Shown: positions 17,902-31,400 of the stretch, one piece after another | Numbering within the stretch: the stretch's first letter is position 1 | Layout: each line of letters starts with the position of its first letter | DNA from: Hormiphora californensis | Taxonomy: Eukaryota; Animalia; Ctenophora | Length of the DNA: 64,000 nt | Assembly (NCBI GenBank): GCA_020137815.1 | Contig: CM035360.1 | Span: forward strand, 2,914,001 to 2,978,000 | Reading direction: 5' to 3' | Notes under the pieces: generated by a model | What the model was told of the DNA's origin: nothing | What the model saw: the letters and a program-made list of their open reading frames with translations, nothing else | Database searches by the model: none | Made by a program: the position numbers and the translations under genes

Positions 17902-19428
17902 GGTAGGCGGTAAATGTTAACCAGGGGCTCTTCGACGAAACTTTAAGCATACTAAAAAACGTTGCGTAACTCTCCTTTCACACCTTCTAATTGATTTTCA
18001 CACCCCTTAAGCATGGTTTGTGTCGACGAAACTTTTTAGAAATCTTGCTTAGTGAAAATTGAGGGGTAGTAAGCGAAGTTTTACACAAGCTCTCCAAACC
18101 TTGCGTAACCCCTAATCACGTGGTAAAATCACGTGATTTGGGCCAAATTGAAGCGACAATGACGTCATAGTTCACGCAATATCTCACTCAAATATCGAGA
18201 AAAGTGAGGTTTGTTAAGTCTCCTCCAGAGGAGGACTTAATGGTAGACAAGACAGCGCTGGCAAGTAAAAGATGCTACAAAACAGTGTATATTTTGCTTC
18301 TCGCATGTAGAAAAAAGATAAAATGGCACTCCTTGTCCCCAGTTAGCTATCTCTTGACTACTCAACCACAATATTGAGGCACTAGTTTGGGGGTTTCAGC
18401 CAAGCCCATACAGCATACACCATCTGTATTAGACTCTCACAGATAAGATGTGGATGAATTCAGTTTTTTCCTTTTGGCCCGCAGGACAAGATGAACAGTG
18501 AACTACTACTATACTTTCACTGTTTATCTCTTCATCTAGCAGACTATCTATTCAGTATTCATCTCACCCGTCCTAAATAATATTGCAACTTACAAAAAGG
18601 AGTGTATAGGTTTATTGATTTTTCATAATGAACAATCAATGTTAGATCTCTATTTGTCCGCTATAACATTCATTGCCAGCTACTGTAACAGTAAGAATTT
18701 TGAAGATTTGAAATTTCTTGAATCTTGAGAAATGGAAGTCAAACTTCTTCTTCACCCCCAATCTGGTGTGATATCTCGCTAACACTATTGGCTGGTGAAC
18801 CCTACACGTGACCAAATTGACGCCTGTGTAAACCCATGTAATGGAAATCCTATCACGTGTCCAGTTTCGATCCCCTGATTGGTTTTTCTACACCGATACA
18901 CGAGCGGTGATCCGGGGCTTCACGTGGTATACACGTGGTTCACACCAAGGACCTAAAGTGAGGTTTTGGAAAGCGTTCGACGACACCCCTCTCGAGACAA
19001 GTCTGAAAAATTTTCCTTGTGTAACTCTAAAGAGAGCTTATTTATTAAGTGTGCTTAAAGTTTCGTCGAAGAGCCCCAGATCTGAGAGAAAACGTACGTG
19101 CAAAACCACGTTTTTGGCCATAACTCAGTCATTTCTTGACCAATTTGCAAAATCTTGGGTGCGTTGGAAAGAGGACATTGAGCTCTTTCAAATGAGCCCA
19201 ATAAAACTAAAATCGGCGCAAAATGCGCGGCGTCATGGCGCAAAATGCGCGTTTTCGCCACCACGCCGCGCAATTTGCGCCAATTTTCATTTTCTTGAGC
19301 TCATTTGAGAGATCTTAATGTCCTCTTTCCAATGAGCCAAAGATTTTGCAAATTGGTCAAGAAATGGCTGAGTTATGGAAAAAAACGTGCGAAATTCTCA
19401 TAGATCTGGTTAACATTTACCGCCTACC
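17902..19428. mobile_element. Non-autonomous Mutator/MULE-like DNA transposon
   Basis: 23-bp TIR GGTAGGCGGTAAATGTTAACCAG, 9-bp TSD GTCCTAAAC (17893-17901, 19429-19437), internal foldback at about 19105-19390, no transposase ORF. Confidence 0.85.
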
Positions 19429-20152
19429 GTCCTAAACTATACTTATATCACCTATACTATAGCACCTATAACACTATAACAACGCTATAGCACCTATACT
19501 ATATTCTATAGCACCTATAAATCACACACATGCCGCGTAGTAGCCACCTCCTGATGAGGTATGAGTGAGAGAGTTTGAGAGGGGGCGATTTTCACAACAC
19601 ATAGAGCGCAACGTGTCCCCAAACACACAAACTGTCTGGAAAGATGTTGCCCAGAGTTGGAGGCCGGGTCTGCCTTGGTGATGCCATCCCCTCTTATAAG
19701 CTTTACAGCTGGTTATGGTGGGGTGAATGCATCACCAGGCGTCTGCCTTGAATGGGTAGGAGCCGGGGGTAATGACTGTGACAGGAACATACATGTGTGT
19801 GAAAATGGGGCTGCGTGTAGGGGGGAGGAATGATCTAAGGTCCTAATGATGCATATAATTCACCGCAGAATGCAGATCCTAACTCCAGCCTCGTGATAGA
19901 CAAATCCTAGTGAGTTGGGATGATTACCAGCTGCCCCTCTCGGTCCCACTTTTGGTTTAAAAAAACCTAGCTTATTTCATATTTTGTGACAAAAAGTTTC
20001 ATGATAGATCTACCTGGGCCTGGCCGAAGTGTGACGGAAACACTGATTCATCGGATAATTTTATGCAAACAGGCCAAATATAGCCCCATTCTTGGGCATA
20101 TATATTTGGTGTTTTGAGATAAGGCTAGGTTTGTGAAACTCATACCACTGTA

Positions 20153-20630
20153 CAGTCGGACCCCGATTTAGGGGCCCCCGATTTAGTGGCACCCCGATTT
20201 AGGGACAGGATTTTTTCCCCCGATATACGAAAACTAGCGCACCCATTGGGTGCGCCTCAAGTAAGGGTTTTTTGATAACCCACCCGGCTTCGCCGGGTGG
20301 TTCTTTTCGCCCTTTAAACGTCAATAAGACGGTTGCCATGGCAACTGAATCGGTAACTATGGGGACTGGCCTGTTAAAAGTCATTCGAAATATTGAGAAA
20401 CTTCCACTGGAAGTTCCAAAAGTGTGAGCAACAGCTTTACAGCTTTGGTCATATGAAGTGTTTTATGAAGGAGCAGTCTGTCGCTTAGATACCGCTGAAC
20501 GAACGACTTCGACGCGACATCTCCAAAATATAATATAGATTAACATTATTTGAACCCGATTTAGTGGACACCCCGATTTAGTGGACAAGAGCCTTTCCCC
20601 CGAGGGTGTCCCTAAATCGGGGTCCGACTG
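20153..20630. mobile_element. Tc1/mariner-like MITE (CAGTCGGACCCCGATTTA family), long copy
   Basis: TA TSD, TIRs and subterminal CCCCGATTTAG repeats. Confidence 0.9.
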
Positions 20631-21248
20631 TATTTGGTATCCCTTTGTGCACACAGCATACCCGGTACAGATTACAGTTTAGGGGCACATGTACACAACT
20701 TGCCCCTCTAGACTAACGTGTGTGTATGTGAGAGGCCTCACACATACACATGTGAGTGTAGACTGTAGCAGCTTTTTGTGATTAATCTCAGCTCGACAAT
20801 TTTAGTAGATTGTAGAGGGACTGTGTGTGAGTAAACCACTGTCAGGCCAATGCTCTGACGGCCACTGTTCTCGTGCGTTTTGAAAGAAATGAGAATAGGG
20901 TCAGGCCAATGCTCTGACGGCCACTGTTCTCGTGCGTTTTGAAAGAAATGAGAATATAGGGTCAGGTAAATTGGGTCAGACCAGGTAAACCATGAATATA
21001 CAAACAACTGTGTGATTCAGATTCGTTTTAGCATAACAGCAGCATTGTGAACGGATATGACGCTTACACTTGTTCCTCGACCTCCACACTGCACTTTACT
21101 CAACCCCCTCCCCCTTCCCCTCAAAAAAATAAGAAAAAGCACCATGATAACAACTCAATTACAAACAAACACTTAGATTTAGAAAACACTCAACAGTTGA
21201 TATTGACTACAGAATCTCCCATCAGTTACACATGATATTTCTTTGCAG

Positions 21249-21481
21249 GTGCTGGTATAGGTAGTGGACGTGTGGAAGATTTCATCAACAAGGTACAGTT
21301 TTCTGAAAGGTGCTCGGACAAGGGTCAACAACTACAAGATACTGAATGTGGAACCACTGAGAAGTGGGAGGGGAAGTTTTGTGACTGTTTATTTGACTCA
21401 AACGTTGAGTTGCCTGACACTGTGTATGAACAATTTAATTCAAACAAAGCCATTAGTATCACCACTATAATTGATATTTAA
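21249..21481 (+). CDS. Probable terminal exon of an unidentified Cys-containing protein
   Basis: TTTGCAG acceptor, then an open frame GAGIGSGRVEDFINK...TTIIDI*. Upstream exons uncertain. Confidence 0.4.
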
Positions 21482-22164
21482 TTTGGTAGACTGTGTCTGT
21501 CATGTGTGTGTATCAGCAAATTAAATGCATCGGTTTTACTCCGTCATCGCCTATCTGCACGTGTGTGTGTCAATGTGACGTACGAGAGAAATGGAGAGAG
21601 GGAGAGCGAGAGAAACAGTCCTAGAAGTAGAGAGAGAGGCTGGGTGAGACAGAGACAGTCACAGAGACAGCGAGGGATATGTGCTCTGATTGATATTTGA
21701 TTGCTAGACGATGTGATGATAACTATCAATCCCTCATCATTCATCAGGCCACTGACCAGGGTCTCCGCGACCTTATCAAACTTCATGTTTCTAATTTGAA
21801 GTTAGATGGTTCAACTATTAGTTCATTGGTTGTTCGTTCATACATTTTATACCCGAATTGTCTTGTTTTAGCTCACTGATTATGGAGATATGCGTGTTTT
21901 CTTTTTACTCTCTGTGGTTTGCTATTTATAGCCACTTTGGTATCTTACGAAGTCAAAAAACGTACGCGCTTTCCAGCGCTCCAGTAATTTGTGCGCGCTA
22001 AAATAGCGCCGCGCAATATTTGACGAAAAGCCGCGCAATTTTCGGTTAGAATTGAATCGCGATCCGATTTTTTTGGGGTGGCGGCCAACATCGGCCTGAA
22101 TATAAATAGTGTAGACACTTAACAATGATAAAAATTGTAATAAATTAAACATAAAATGAGTCTA

Positions 22165-23763
22165 TTACCCCACTTGATATAGCTGCTCGTCCCTGTTGCC
22201 CTCGCCCCTCAATCTACCCCGATGCCCCCTGATGGAAACAGTTATTGATCGCACCATGGCGAAAGATAATCTGAGTCGAAGATAACGGATGCATTGGTCG
22301 TAGGTGTATCCCGTTTTCTTAGCTTTCTTATCGGCTAGCTGTTTCAGTGTCTTTTTGAATTCTCGACCGAGACCCCCCGTCGTGGACATTACCAGAGGTG
22401 TAAATGATGATTTTTCTACCTCAAGGACCCGATGAAGGTAGCCAGTCTTTTTCTCCCTCTCATGTTTTTCATACACTTTACAGATTGCCTGGTTAGAGTT
22501 AGATGCCACCCTAGGATTAAATACCCTCACATCAAAATAGGTGTTATCCATGCTAGACCAGAAATCACGTGTACTGATATCTAGGCGAGCTCCATCCGCC
22601 GTAATAGTTCCCTCTGGGAGACTCATTCCTCGTACATTTAGCAGATGGGGTTCAACTTTCGTGTCGTGACACACATTGCTGAACTCACTTGCGATAAAGT
22701 CTCTCACGTTGTTGTGGCGAAAGCATACAAAACCGCCGATCTTACATGAAATTGAGTGATCGATACTATTTTCCTCTCCACACACGCAGTTGGTAGGCAG
22801 TGCTTCTCCTGTGAGCGGCAAGTTGTAACGTGCAGACAGAGCATCATACCACTCTTGTCTGTTCAATGTAAAGTTCAGTGCTTGGAGGGGAAGACAAGTA
22901 AGCCAAGAAGATGCACCTTTCTCAGACAGGAGATCAAGGTTCCTGCTTTCGGCGCTAGTCATTTTGCTTCGAATCTCCTCAATTTTCTGATGATGAATGT
23001 CATTTTTGGTACGGCGAATAATTGATGATTTCTCAGTTTGTTGGTTTTTGTCAACCTGAAATGTTTCGTGTTGGCCAAGAACCGCTGCAGACAAGTCTTC
23101 TGTGATGAACTTAGAAAAGCTGTACTCCGAATCCGCTGATAGTTCTGGGTTATCAATTCCCAATCCTCCAAATCTAACAGGGAGGGATGCAACTGATCTC
23201 AAGGTGTCGCTGATAACATGTTGGCCAGTTAGTACAGGAAGAAGTTTTTGGTGGATGGTTTTCTCGATGACTCCAAGTTGTTGGGATATTCCTGGAGTTG
23301 TTCTCATGAGGTAGCTCCACCTTTTCGAGATCCCGATGGTGTATGCACTATAGGCTAGCTGTGGTTCGTTTACTGCAATTTCACAGAGTTGACTGATTTC
23401 CTCGTTCCATTTTGCAACCTCGTTCTGAACAAATTCCCTCTGGCTCTCCTCTGTTCCGATGTATGATCCTAGGTAGCGTTGGCCGTCTGTAGTGATGTTG
23501 ACGTCCGTGAACATTTCCCTTGCAGTTTCTTTTTCCAAAAAATCCGACGCGTCGTGAATTTTTTTTCGAAAATCGATCCATTGCGTTGAAAAGCGCTGCC
23601 TTATCCCGCACAACAGTGTTTGCCGATCCATTTTCCCACAACGAGAGGGACCCATAGCATATGCCAAGGACCAAGGTTTTTGACAGGGCTCTCCTTCTTG
23701 GGGAGTATCACCGATCACGCCTCCGGCCGCCTGACCGAGACAGGAGACTGCCGCACACTGCAC
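22165..23763 (-). mobile_element. 5'-truncated CRE-clade-like non-LTR retrotransposon (RT C-terminal half, CCHC finger, restriction-like endonuclease)
   Basis: GQRYLGSYIG, SLPVRFGGLGI, CVCG...HSISCKIGG..RHNNVRD, ARLDI, FDVRV.NP, HEREKK..Y, FTPLVMSTTGGLG. The RT catalytic region is garbled by frameshifts. Confidence 0.85.
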
Positions 23764-24728
23764 ATGGGCCCGGTTGCCGAGCTCCGTCCTTGGATTTTAG
23801 TTACCACTCACCAAGATTCGCAGCAAGTTCCCAGTTCCGTGTTTACTGTTTGTGAGTAGTGAGTAGCCTAGGAAATCTTTACGACTTACGTCTGGACCGT
23901 TTCAATTATTTTGACGAGTTCACAATTGAAAACAGACTGCTGTCGTTCGAATGTACCGGTATAAATATAGTTCCAATTCGAATATTACTGCGGGAATATG
24001 CGTCTAGATTGATCGAACTTAGTGAATCCCTTGGGCCTTGGTACTTTCCACATTCAAAACGGGACGGAAGCAGGGGCTGGGCTTATGACCAATCCGTGCG
24101 ACCAGCAATGAAAATCCCTGTTCTAAGCTGGTCAATGTAGTTGTATTTATTTCTGAAAACAGCTTCAAGGGCTCCCGTTGGACCAGTGCATGTGTTAAAC
24201 ATATCGCTCTTTGTCATAACTCATAACCAACAACCCCTTCTCGGTGAGCTCTCGTATTACATAAAATGTGCGTCTGTTTTTGTACTGTATATTATATGAT
24301 GAAATCATAAAATATCTGTGCTTGAATGCCAGAGTTAGGAATGTGGTTATTGGAGAGAGATAACTCTCCTTCTCCTTCTCCTCCTTCTCTCGTCACCTAC
24401 TTACGCTTCACTTAGCCCATTTTCTGCTTCGTCTCTTTATATGAGCTGGTGAAGATTCAGAATTTCCCAAAATATCCCTGACATGATATTGTATAACAGG
24501 TCTCCCTCTCCCTCGCTGACACGAGATAGCTCTCTGAGTAGCCGTCTCCACTCTGTTTTACAATAAAACATGTGTTGAGTGCCCTTGGCGTCACACATAT
24601 ATGACATGTGAGCCCTAACTTGAGAATGAGAAAAGAGTAAAAACGCTGCATTTGTATAATCGCATATTAGAAAAAGTTGTATATTTATCCCATGCCTTAC
24701 TTATAACTTTTCTCAGAAGCCTAGCTCG

Positions 24729-27700
24729 ATGGCAGCGACTGAATCCCTGACACTTGAACTCCATAAAACTACCTGCACTGACCCGACAGAGGCTGAAACT
24801 TTGATGGATTTGTGTACAAACCTCAAATCTCCTGACCGCCGGAAATCATGGAAAACCCAGCGATTGCAGCGCAGTAAAACCTACTCAGGAAGCCCAAACA
24901 TGAGACTTTCAACCCCAGAAAATGTCCAACTCCTATCCAACAAATCGGACCCTGGCCTTCCCCCTGTGCCGCTATCTCCCGTGAACCAGAAAAAGTGGAA
25001 CAAGACAAATATGAAGAGACGGAGCTCGAACGCCACACAACGACTCAGCCGATCCACAATCGAGGAATGCAGTGGGTCAGCGCTCAAGGTTGAAGTCCGG
25101 AACTCGAGTGAGATTAGTGAAAGGGCCGTTACCCATCGTTTCACGTGTAGCTGTAAGCAGTATTTTGATAACATTGCCGGGATTGTGTACAAACTACAGC
25201 AGTATGAAACAATCAAAGATCTATCACCGGCCGCAACTCTCAGTGCCATTACCACAACGGACAGCGAGAATTCATTCTTCCCTCCTAGTGATATGGATCT
25301 GGTGATGTCTGCAAAAGTATCATCCCCCAGTGATCTCATCACTCCCCCGGACAGGGGGTTTCCAAAGGACAGGGGTACTATAAATAACATGGAAACATCA
25401 TCTTTACCAAAGGAGATAAAGAAGTAAAATCTCGGATCCCAGATAAAATTGTTGCCCTTCCACCACAACCGTTTGTTGAGGAGTTGTTCCCTGTCCAGAG
25501 ATCCAGTACTCCTAACGAGGAAGGAGAGACGAATGAGTTCAGTTTCGATTTCGCGGTCCTTGACGACACCATTGTCGATCTTCAGGTACAGTCCATCTGT
25601 CCTGGCCATGTCGTGTCTATGCTGTATAGTGTATACAGAACCTAATATAATACTATTATTACAGAGCATACAACGGGAGATTCGGGAGGTATTGGAGAAG
25701 GAGAGATGGAGTGGTGATGTGGATGGTGGACGATGCTGTACCCTGAAAGGATGTTCAGCCTCTCCCCTTCATTCCACGGCCCTGGGAGGTGAGTTATTTA
25801 TAGCACCCCTGTTATTAGGAGTGTGAGAATGTGTCTAGAATTCCCTTTTATCATCATAATGATGTTGGGGGCTGGTGACAAATCACCCCCCTGCACATTC
25901 CATTCTGGCCATGCCCCCCTCCCTCTCAGAGATAGTCTGGTCAGATAGAAGGAAGAAGGGGGTCACGCTGACCGTCACAATTCCTCTGTGCAAGGATATA
26001 ATAGGAACCTAATAAAGGGGGGGGGGGTCACGGACTAATTTGTGTGCAAAATAGGAACGTAATAAAATTGTTGGCTAGAGGCTGTTAATTATCTTTTACT
26101 ATAAACATGTGTTAATACCTAATTGATAATTCCCCTCGGCCCTCACTCCCCCTCCTCTAACACCCCTCACACACCCCTTCTCTCAGTATCAGACTCAATG
26201 CTATATCTCCTGTAATCACACCCCCTTCTCTCAGAATCAGACTCAATGCTGTATCTCCTGTAATCACACACCCCTTCTCTCAGTATCAGACTCAATGCTA
26301 TATCTCCTGTAATCACACCCCCCTCTCAGGATCAGACTCAGTGCTATATCTCCTGTAATCACACCCCCTTCTCTCATGATCAGACTCAATGCTATATCTC
26401 CTGTAATCACACCCCCCTTCTCACAGGATCAGACTCAATGCTATATCTCCTGTAATCACACCCCCTTCTCTCACGATCAGACTCAATGCTATATTTCCTG
26501 TAATCACACCTCCCTTCTCTCAGGATCAGTCTCAATGCTATATTTCCTGTAATCACACCCCCCCCCCCCTCTCACAGGATCAGACTCAATGCTATATCTC
26601 CTGTAATCACACACCCCCCTCTCATGATCAGACTCAATGCTATATCTCCTGTAATCACACCCCCCTTCCCAGGATCTGACTCAATGCTGTATCTGCTGGT
26701 GACGGTATTCACATATCTAGATATCCCATCCATCCTTGAAGCATCCAGAGTCTGTAGGCAATGGCACTGTGCATCCCTTCACCCTGCTGTCTGGAAAACT
26801 GTAACCCTCGACAATCGAACCTTGACGAGCGAGGTAATTAATTATGACTTCAGAATGATAATAATTTAGAGACGGCTATTTGGTGTTATTATATATTCAC
26901 AGATGCAAATTTTTCAATTTCGTTCCGTCTTGCCTGTGTCTCTCAAGACTCTGATTTTAAAACTGTAAATATATATTCCAATCCCTCGCGGCGATGACCT
27001 TATGGGTGATGATTAGTAAAATTTTACTCATGTCCCAGATTTAGGCTCTACAAAATATATGACAGAGTAAAATCATCTAGCTGATAAAAAACTAAAAATT
27101 AAACCTAAAATTCCCACCACCCAATATCCCTGTCAAGAATATTAATTCCAGAATTATCTGCCGTGTTTAACTATACAGTGTTACAAGTTCTCGAACAAGC
27201 CTTACCTGTTGACGTCAAAAATGAAAATCCAAAGTTTTAAATATTTTCAATTTGACACCTACCACGCAAAGTGAAAGATAGATAGAAGTTATGAATTAAT
27301 AATAATAATAATAATAATAATAACTATGTTTATATTCCGCCCATATCCGACAGGGACAGAGCAGCGAAACTGCTGCTGTCACTGAAGGATGATCTGAACG
27401 GTTAATATACTGGTAAGACCTCGCCAACTTATCCCTAATAGAACAAAAAAAATAATAAAGAAAAATTACACCGGCTCACATTACTATCGGCTCACATAAC
27501 TATCGGTGACTGATTACATAACAGACTGAGTTAGAGTCCTGGAACTCTAAAAATTGATATAAAAGTCCGTATATTGGAAACACAGAAAAACACTCGTGCT
27601 ATGAAAAACCCCAATTTATGCTTCACACTTCTGCTCGCCACGAGCTTAAATACAGAAAAATAATTAAAAACGGGTACCAGCTAGAGCACATACCTCAGCA

Positions 27701-28184
27701 AGAAGGAGAGTGTTAAGAGGACAGTCCAGTCTCACCAAAAGCCTCAGTGAAAAGACTAGTCTTGAGCTTAGACTTGAAAGATTCCACAGACTCAACAGCT
27801 CTCAGATCAAGGGGAAGCCTATTCCAGACTTCAGGCAGGTAAACCGACGGACGTCTCTCTCACTGGAATGGGTTGTACTTACTTGCTTGGGCCATCAGGC
27901 CAAGCCCTTTTAGCGGTATATGAGCATCAGTGGAGAGTGATAAGAATTGGAGAACAGTAACCACAACAGTTTTATAATGACCGTTGTTTTTTAGATCTCC
28001 AACTGCCCTTCACTAGAGGTCCCACCGGTTTCTATCCCTATTTCTCTCTCTCTCTCGCCCTATCTTCCTTTCTCTCAGTCTCTCTCCATCTCTCTGGCTC
28101 CACATAACATGCTGCGTGATAGAGGTGTGGCCTATTATACTCCTCTCTTCGAAGGTCGGAATGTGCAGACAGGAATCCAAAGCT

Positions 28185-28268
<84 letters not shown>

Positions 28269-28277
28269 GGAGAAAGA

Positions 28278-28370
<93 letters not shown>

Positions 28371-28449
28371 AAGGAAGGAGTTAGAGCGAATAGGGAATGA
28401 CAGATGAACGGAATATTGCTTTCCTGATAGACACCATGATACCTATTAT

Positions 28450-28499
<50 letters not shown>

Positions 28500-31400
28500 T
28501 AAAACTGTAAAAAGGAAGTTAAAATGTACCCAGAATGTGTGGAGAATAATATAATGTTATGTAGCACTTCCGGGGACCGGTGCATAATAACTATGCTCTT
28601 TAGTATACATTTGGAAATTCGCCCCTTTTTTACTTTCTTTTCTTGACTTTTTCATCACCATATAATACACATGATCTTATTGTCTCTCTATCTCTCTCAT
28701 TCTCTCTCATTGATTTATCTTCCCTTCTTGGGTAGCCTCTCGTGCTGTAAAGAGGTAACTTGCCAACAGTGTCAAATGTCTAACCACCCTCAAACCTGAT
28801 TTCAGAATTCAGAGAGATAGTGAGAGACAGAGAGAGAGATAGTGAGAACTGAGAGACAGAGAGAGAGATAGTGAGAGAGAACAAATAGAGAGGGAACGAA
28901 AACGAGATAAATAGAGAAAGAAGAGAAAGGGTAGAGCACACACCCGGATGAGGTGAATTTTATAACATGACATGTAACATCAGCTCATACAAGCAGAAAT
29001 CAACTCATAATTCGAGGAACAAGCTGAGTTGAGTGTTTGGAAAGAAGTTTGCGCGCTGAAATCGGCTATTGCTAGTTTTCGGTGCGCGCGGGCTATGTAA
29101 AAAGCGCACCCTCATTGTCTACTGTGAGAGAAAATGAACATCTGAGACAGGAACAAAGTTTAATCTGTCTCTGATCTAGTCCAACTTGTTCTTGTAAGTT
29201 TAAAAAACTGTAGTTGACGTATTACTTATCACCGGTTTCTCCCTCTCAGAGCCATCGAGGAGATACGACCATTCTTTGCAACTGTTGGGGGGACATTACG
29301 AGATTTACGGTTGGATTTGACTGATGACAAAGATACAAACAGGCAAGTATTCCTTCCATTTCTATTCTCCAAAACAGCAATAAATTGCTCTTTTTCTCGA
29401 CACTCACCCTTTCTCACTCTAACTTCATTTCTGACAGGATACTTGATGAAACCCTGCCCGTCTGCTCCAGCCTGTGTAGACTTCACGTAAAGGGTGCTAT
29501 CTCCGATGAAAACCTAACCCGCCTATCCACATATGTAACAAACATTACCTGCCTAAAAGTCACCGACCTCAGGTTAGAAATATATGACGTTGTACAGGGT
29601 GTCTCACAATGATTGAGCCACCGTCCACCTAAATTCCTGCTGGTGGCGCCAGACCCCATTTGATTCGTGAGACAGTGCGCTCAGATGGGGTCAGCGGCAC
29701 CAGACAGCTAAATTCAGGTTGATCGATCATTATTATGAAACACCCTGTTATTTTGTTTGTTTACAACACCAACCTACTCAGTAGCTGTTCTAAAACAAAT
29801 CGCCAATCCATAACACACACCTCCACCCTTGCTCGACCCTATCTCACCAATGTAAACGAAGATTAGACCACATCCTTGCCTTGTTCGACCATGTCTCACC
29901 GCACCGCACACGGTAAAACTTTTACAAATGTAAAACTGAACACTAACACACCTCCCTTCAGCCAGGTGAATAGAACGAATTTCCACGAGTTCAACAACCT
30001 GCATTGTCTCTCTTGTTCTGTTCGAGGCTTCCGTGTCGATGATGTTGAGAATATACGTAAGTAGTGTGGGCAATATCACATGGTGGCTACTGGCTAGAGA
30101 TAAGAGGGGGTTGAAGGGTCTAAATAGTAATTTTCGGGGTTTTTGTTTCGGCATAGCAAGCCCAATTATCGATTTTCCACACCACTTTTATAACCATCTC
30201 CCTTCTCCCTACAGTTGACTGGTTTCCAGTGCTACGTCACGTCACACTAACGGATGGCCCCTCGCTCCACTCCTCCTCAGTCCAATTCTTCACCTCCCAG
30301 TCGGAGCTACAGAGGTTAACATTCAGGAACACATACCTCACTCCACGGGCCCTCGTTTATATTCTCAGTAAGTTGCAAAGTGTGTGTGTCTTCTCAGTAA
30401 GTTGCAAAGTGTGTGTGTGTATTCTCAGTAAGTTGTGTTAGTTTAGTTCCGGGAGGGGGGACTGTGTTAGTTTAGTTCCGGGAGGGAGGGGGGACTGTGT
30501 TAGTTTAGTTCCGGGGGGGGGGACTGTGTTAGTTTAGTTCCGGGAGGGGGGACTGTGTTAGTTTAGTTCCGGGAGGGGGGACTGTGTTAGTTTAGTTCCG
30601 GGAGGGGGGACTGTGTTAGTTTAGTTCCGGGGAGGGGGGACTGTGTTAGTTTAGTTCCGGGAGGGGAGGGGGGACTGTGTTAGTTTAGTTCCGGGAGGGG
30701 GACTGTGTTAGTTTAGTTCCGGGGGGGGGGACTGTGTTAGTTTAGTTCCGGGAGGGGAGGGGGGACTGTGTTAGTTTAGTTCCGGGAGGGGGGACTGTGT
30801 TAGTTTAGTTCCGGGAGGGTGGACTGTGTTAGTTTAGTTCCGGGAGGGGGGGGACTGTGTTAGTTTAGTTCCGGGAGGGGGGACTGTGTTAGTTTAGTTC
30901 CGGGAGGGGGACTGTGTTAGTTTAGTTCCGGGAGGGGGACTGTGTTAGTTTAGTTCCGGGAGGGCGGACTGTGTTAGTTTAGTTCCGGGAGGGGGGACTG
31001 TGTTAGTTTAGTTCCGGGGGGGGGGGACTGTGTTAGTTTAGTTCCGGGAGGGGGGACTGTGTTAGTTTAGTTCCGGGAGGGGGACTGTGTTAGTTTAGTT
31101 CCGGGAGGGGGGACTGTGTTAGTTTAGTTCCGGGAGGGAGGACTGTGTTAGTTTAGTTCCGGGAGGGGGGACTGTGTTAGTTTAGTTCCGGGAGGGGGGA
31201 CTGTGTTAGTTTATATTGCTCGTCAAGTAGTGTGGCCCACACGCACAGACCTGTTCAAGTGATTGTATGTGAGGTTACATGGTACTTTTAGCATTTTGTA
31301 CTTGGAATGTCCCCCCCCCCCCTAGCTTGGAATCAGATAATGTTTAATAAGCTCACGAATTTCTGTACTCTTGTGATTTTTAGACATCACGTTAATCTAA

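Noticed and set aside
18841-19308. 155-aa ORF in the MULE-like element as a transposase
   Set aside because: No DDE or zinc-finger motif, and it overlaps the internal palindrome.
24881-25669. 262-aa minus-strand ORF
   Set aside because: It is the antisense shadow of F-box exon 1 and has no motif.
26165-26700. CRISPR-like regular repeat array (also 59917-60335 and 30434-31212)
   Set aside because: Units are contiguous or separated by related low-complexity spacers, there are no unique spacers or cas genes, and the context is a eukaryotic intron.
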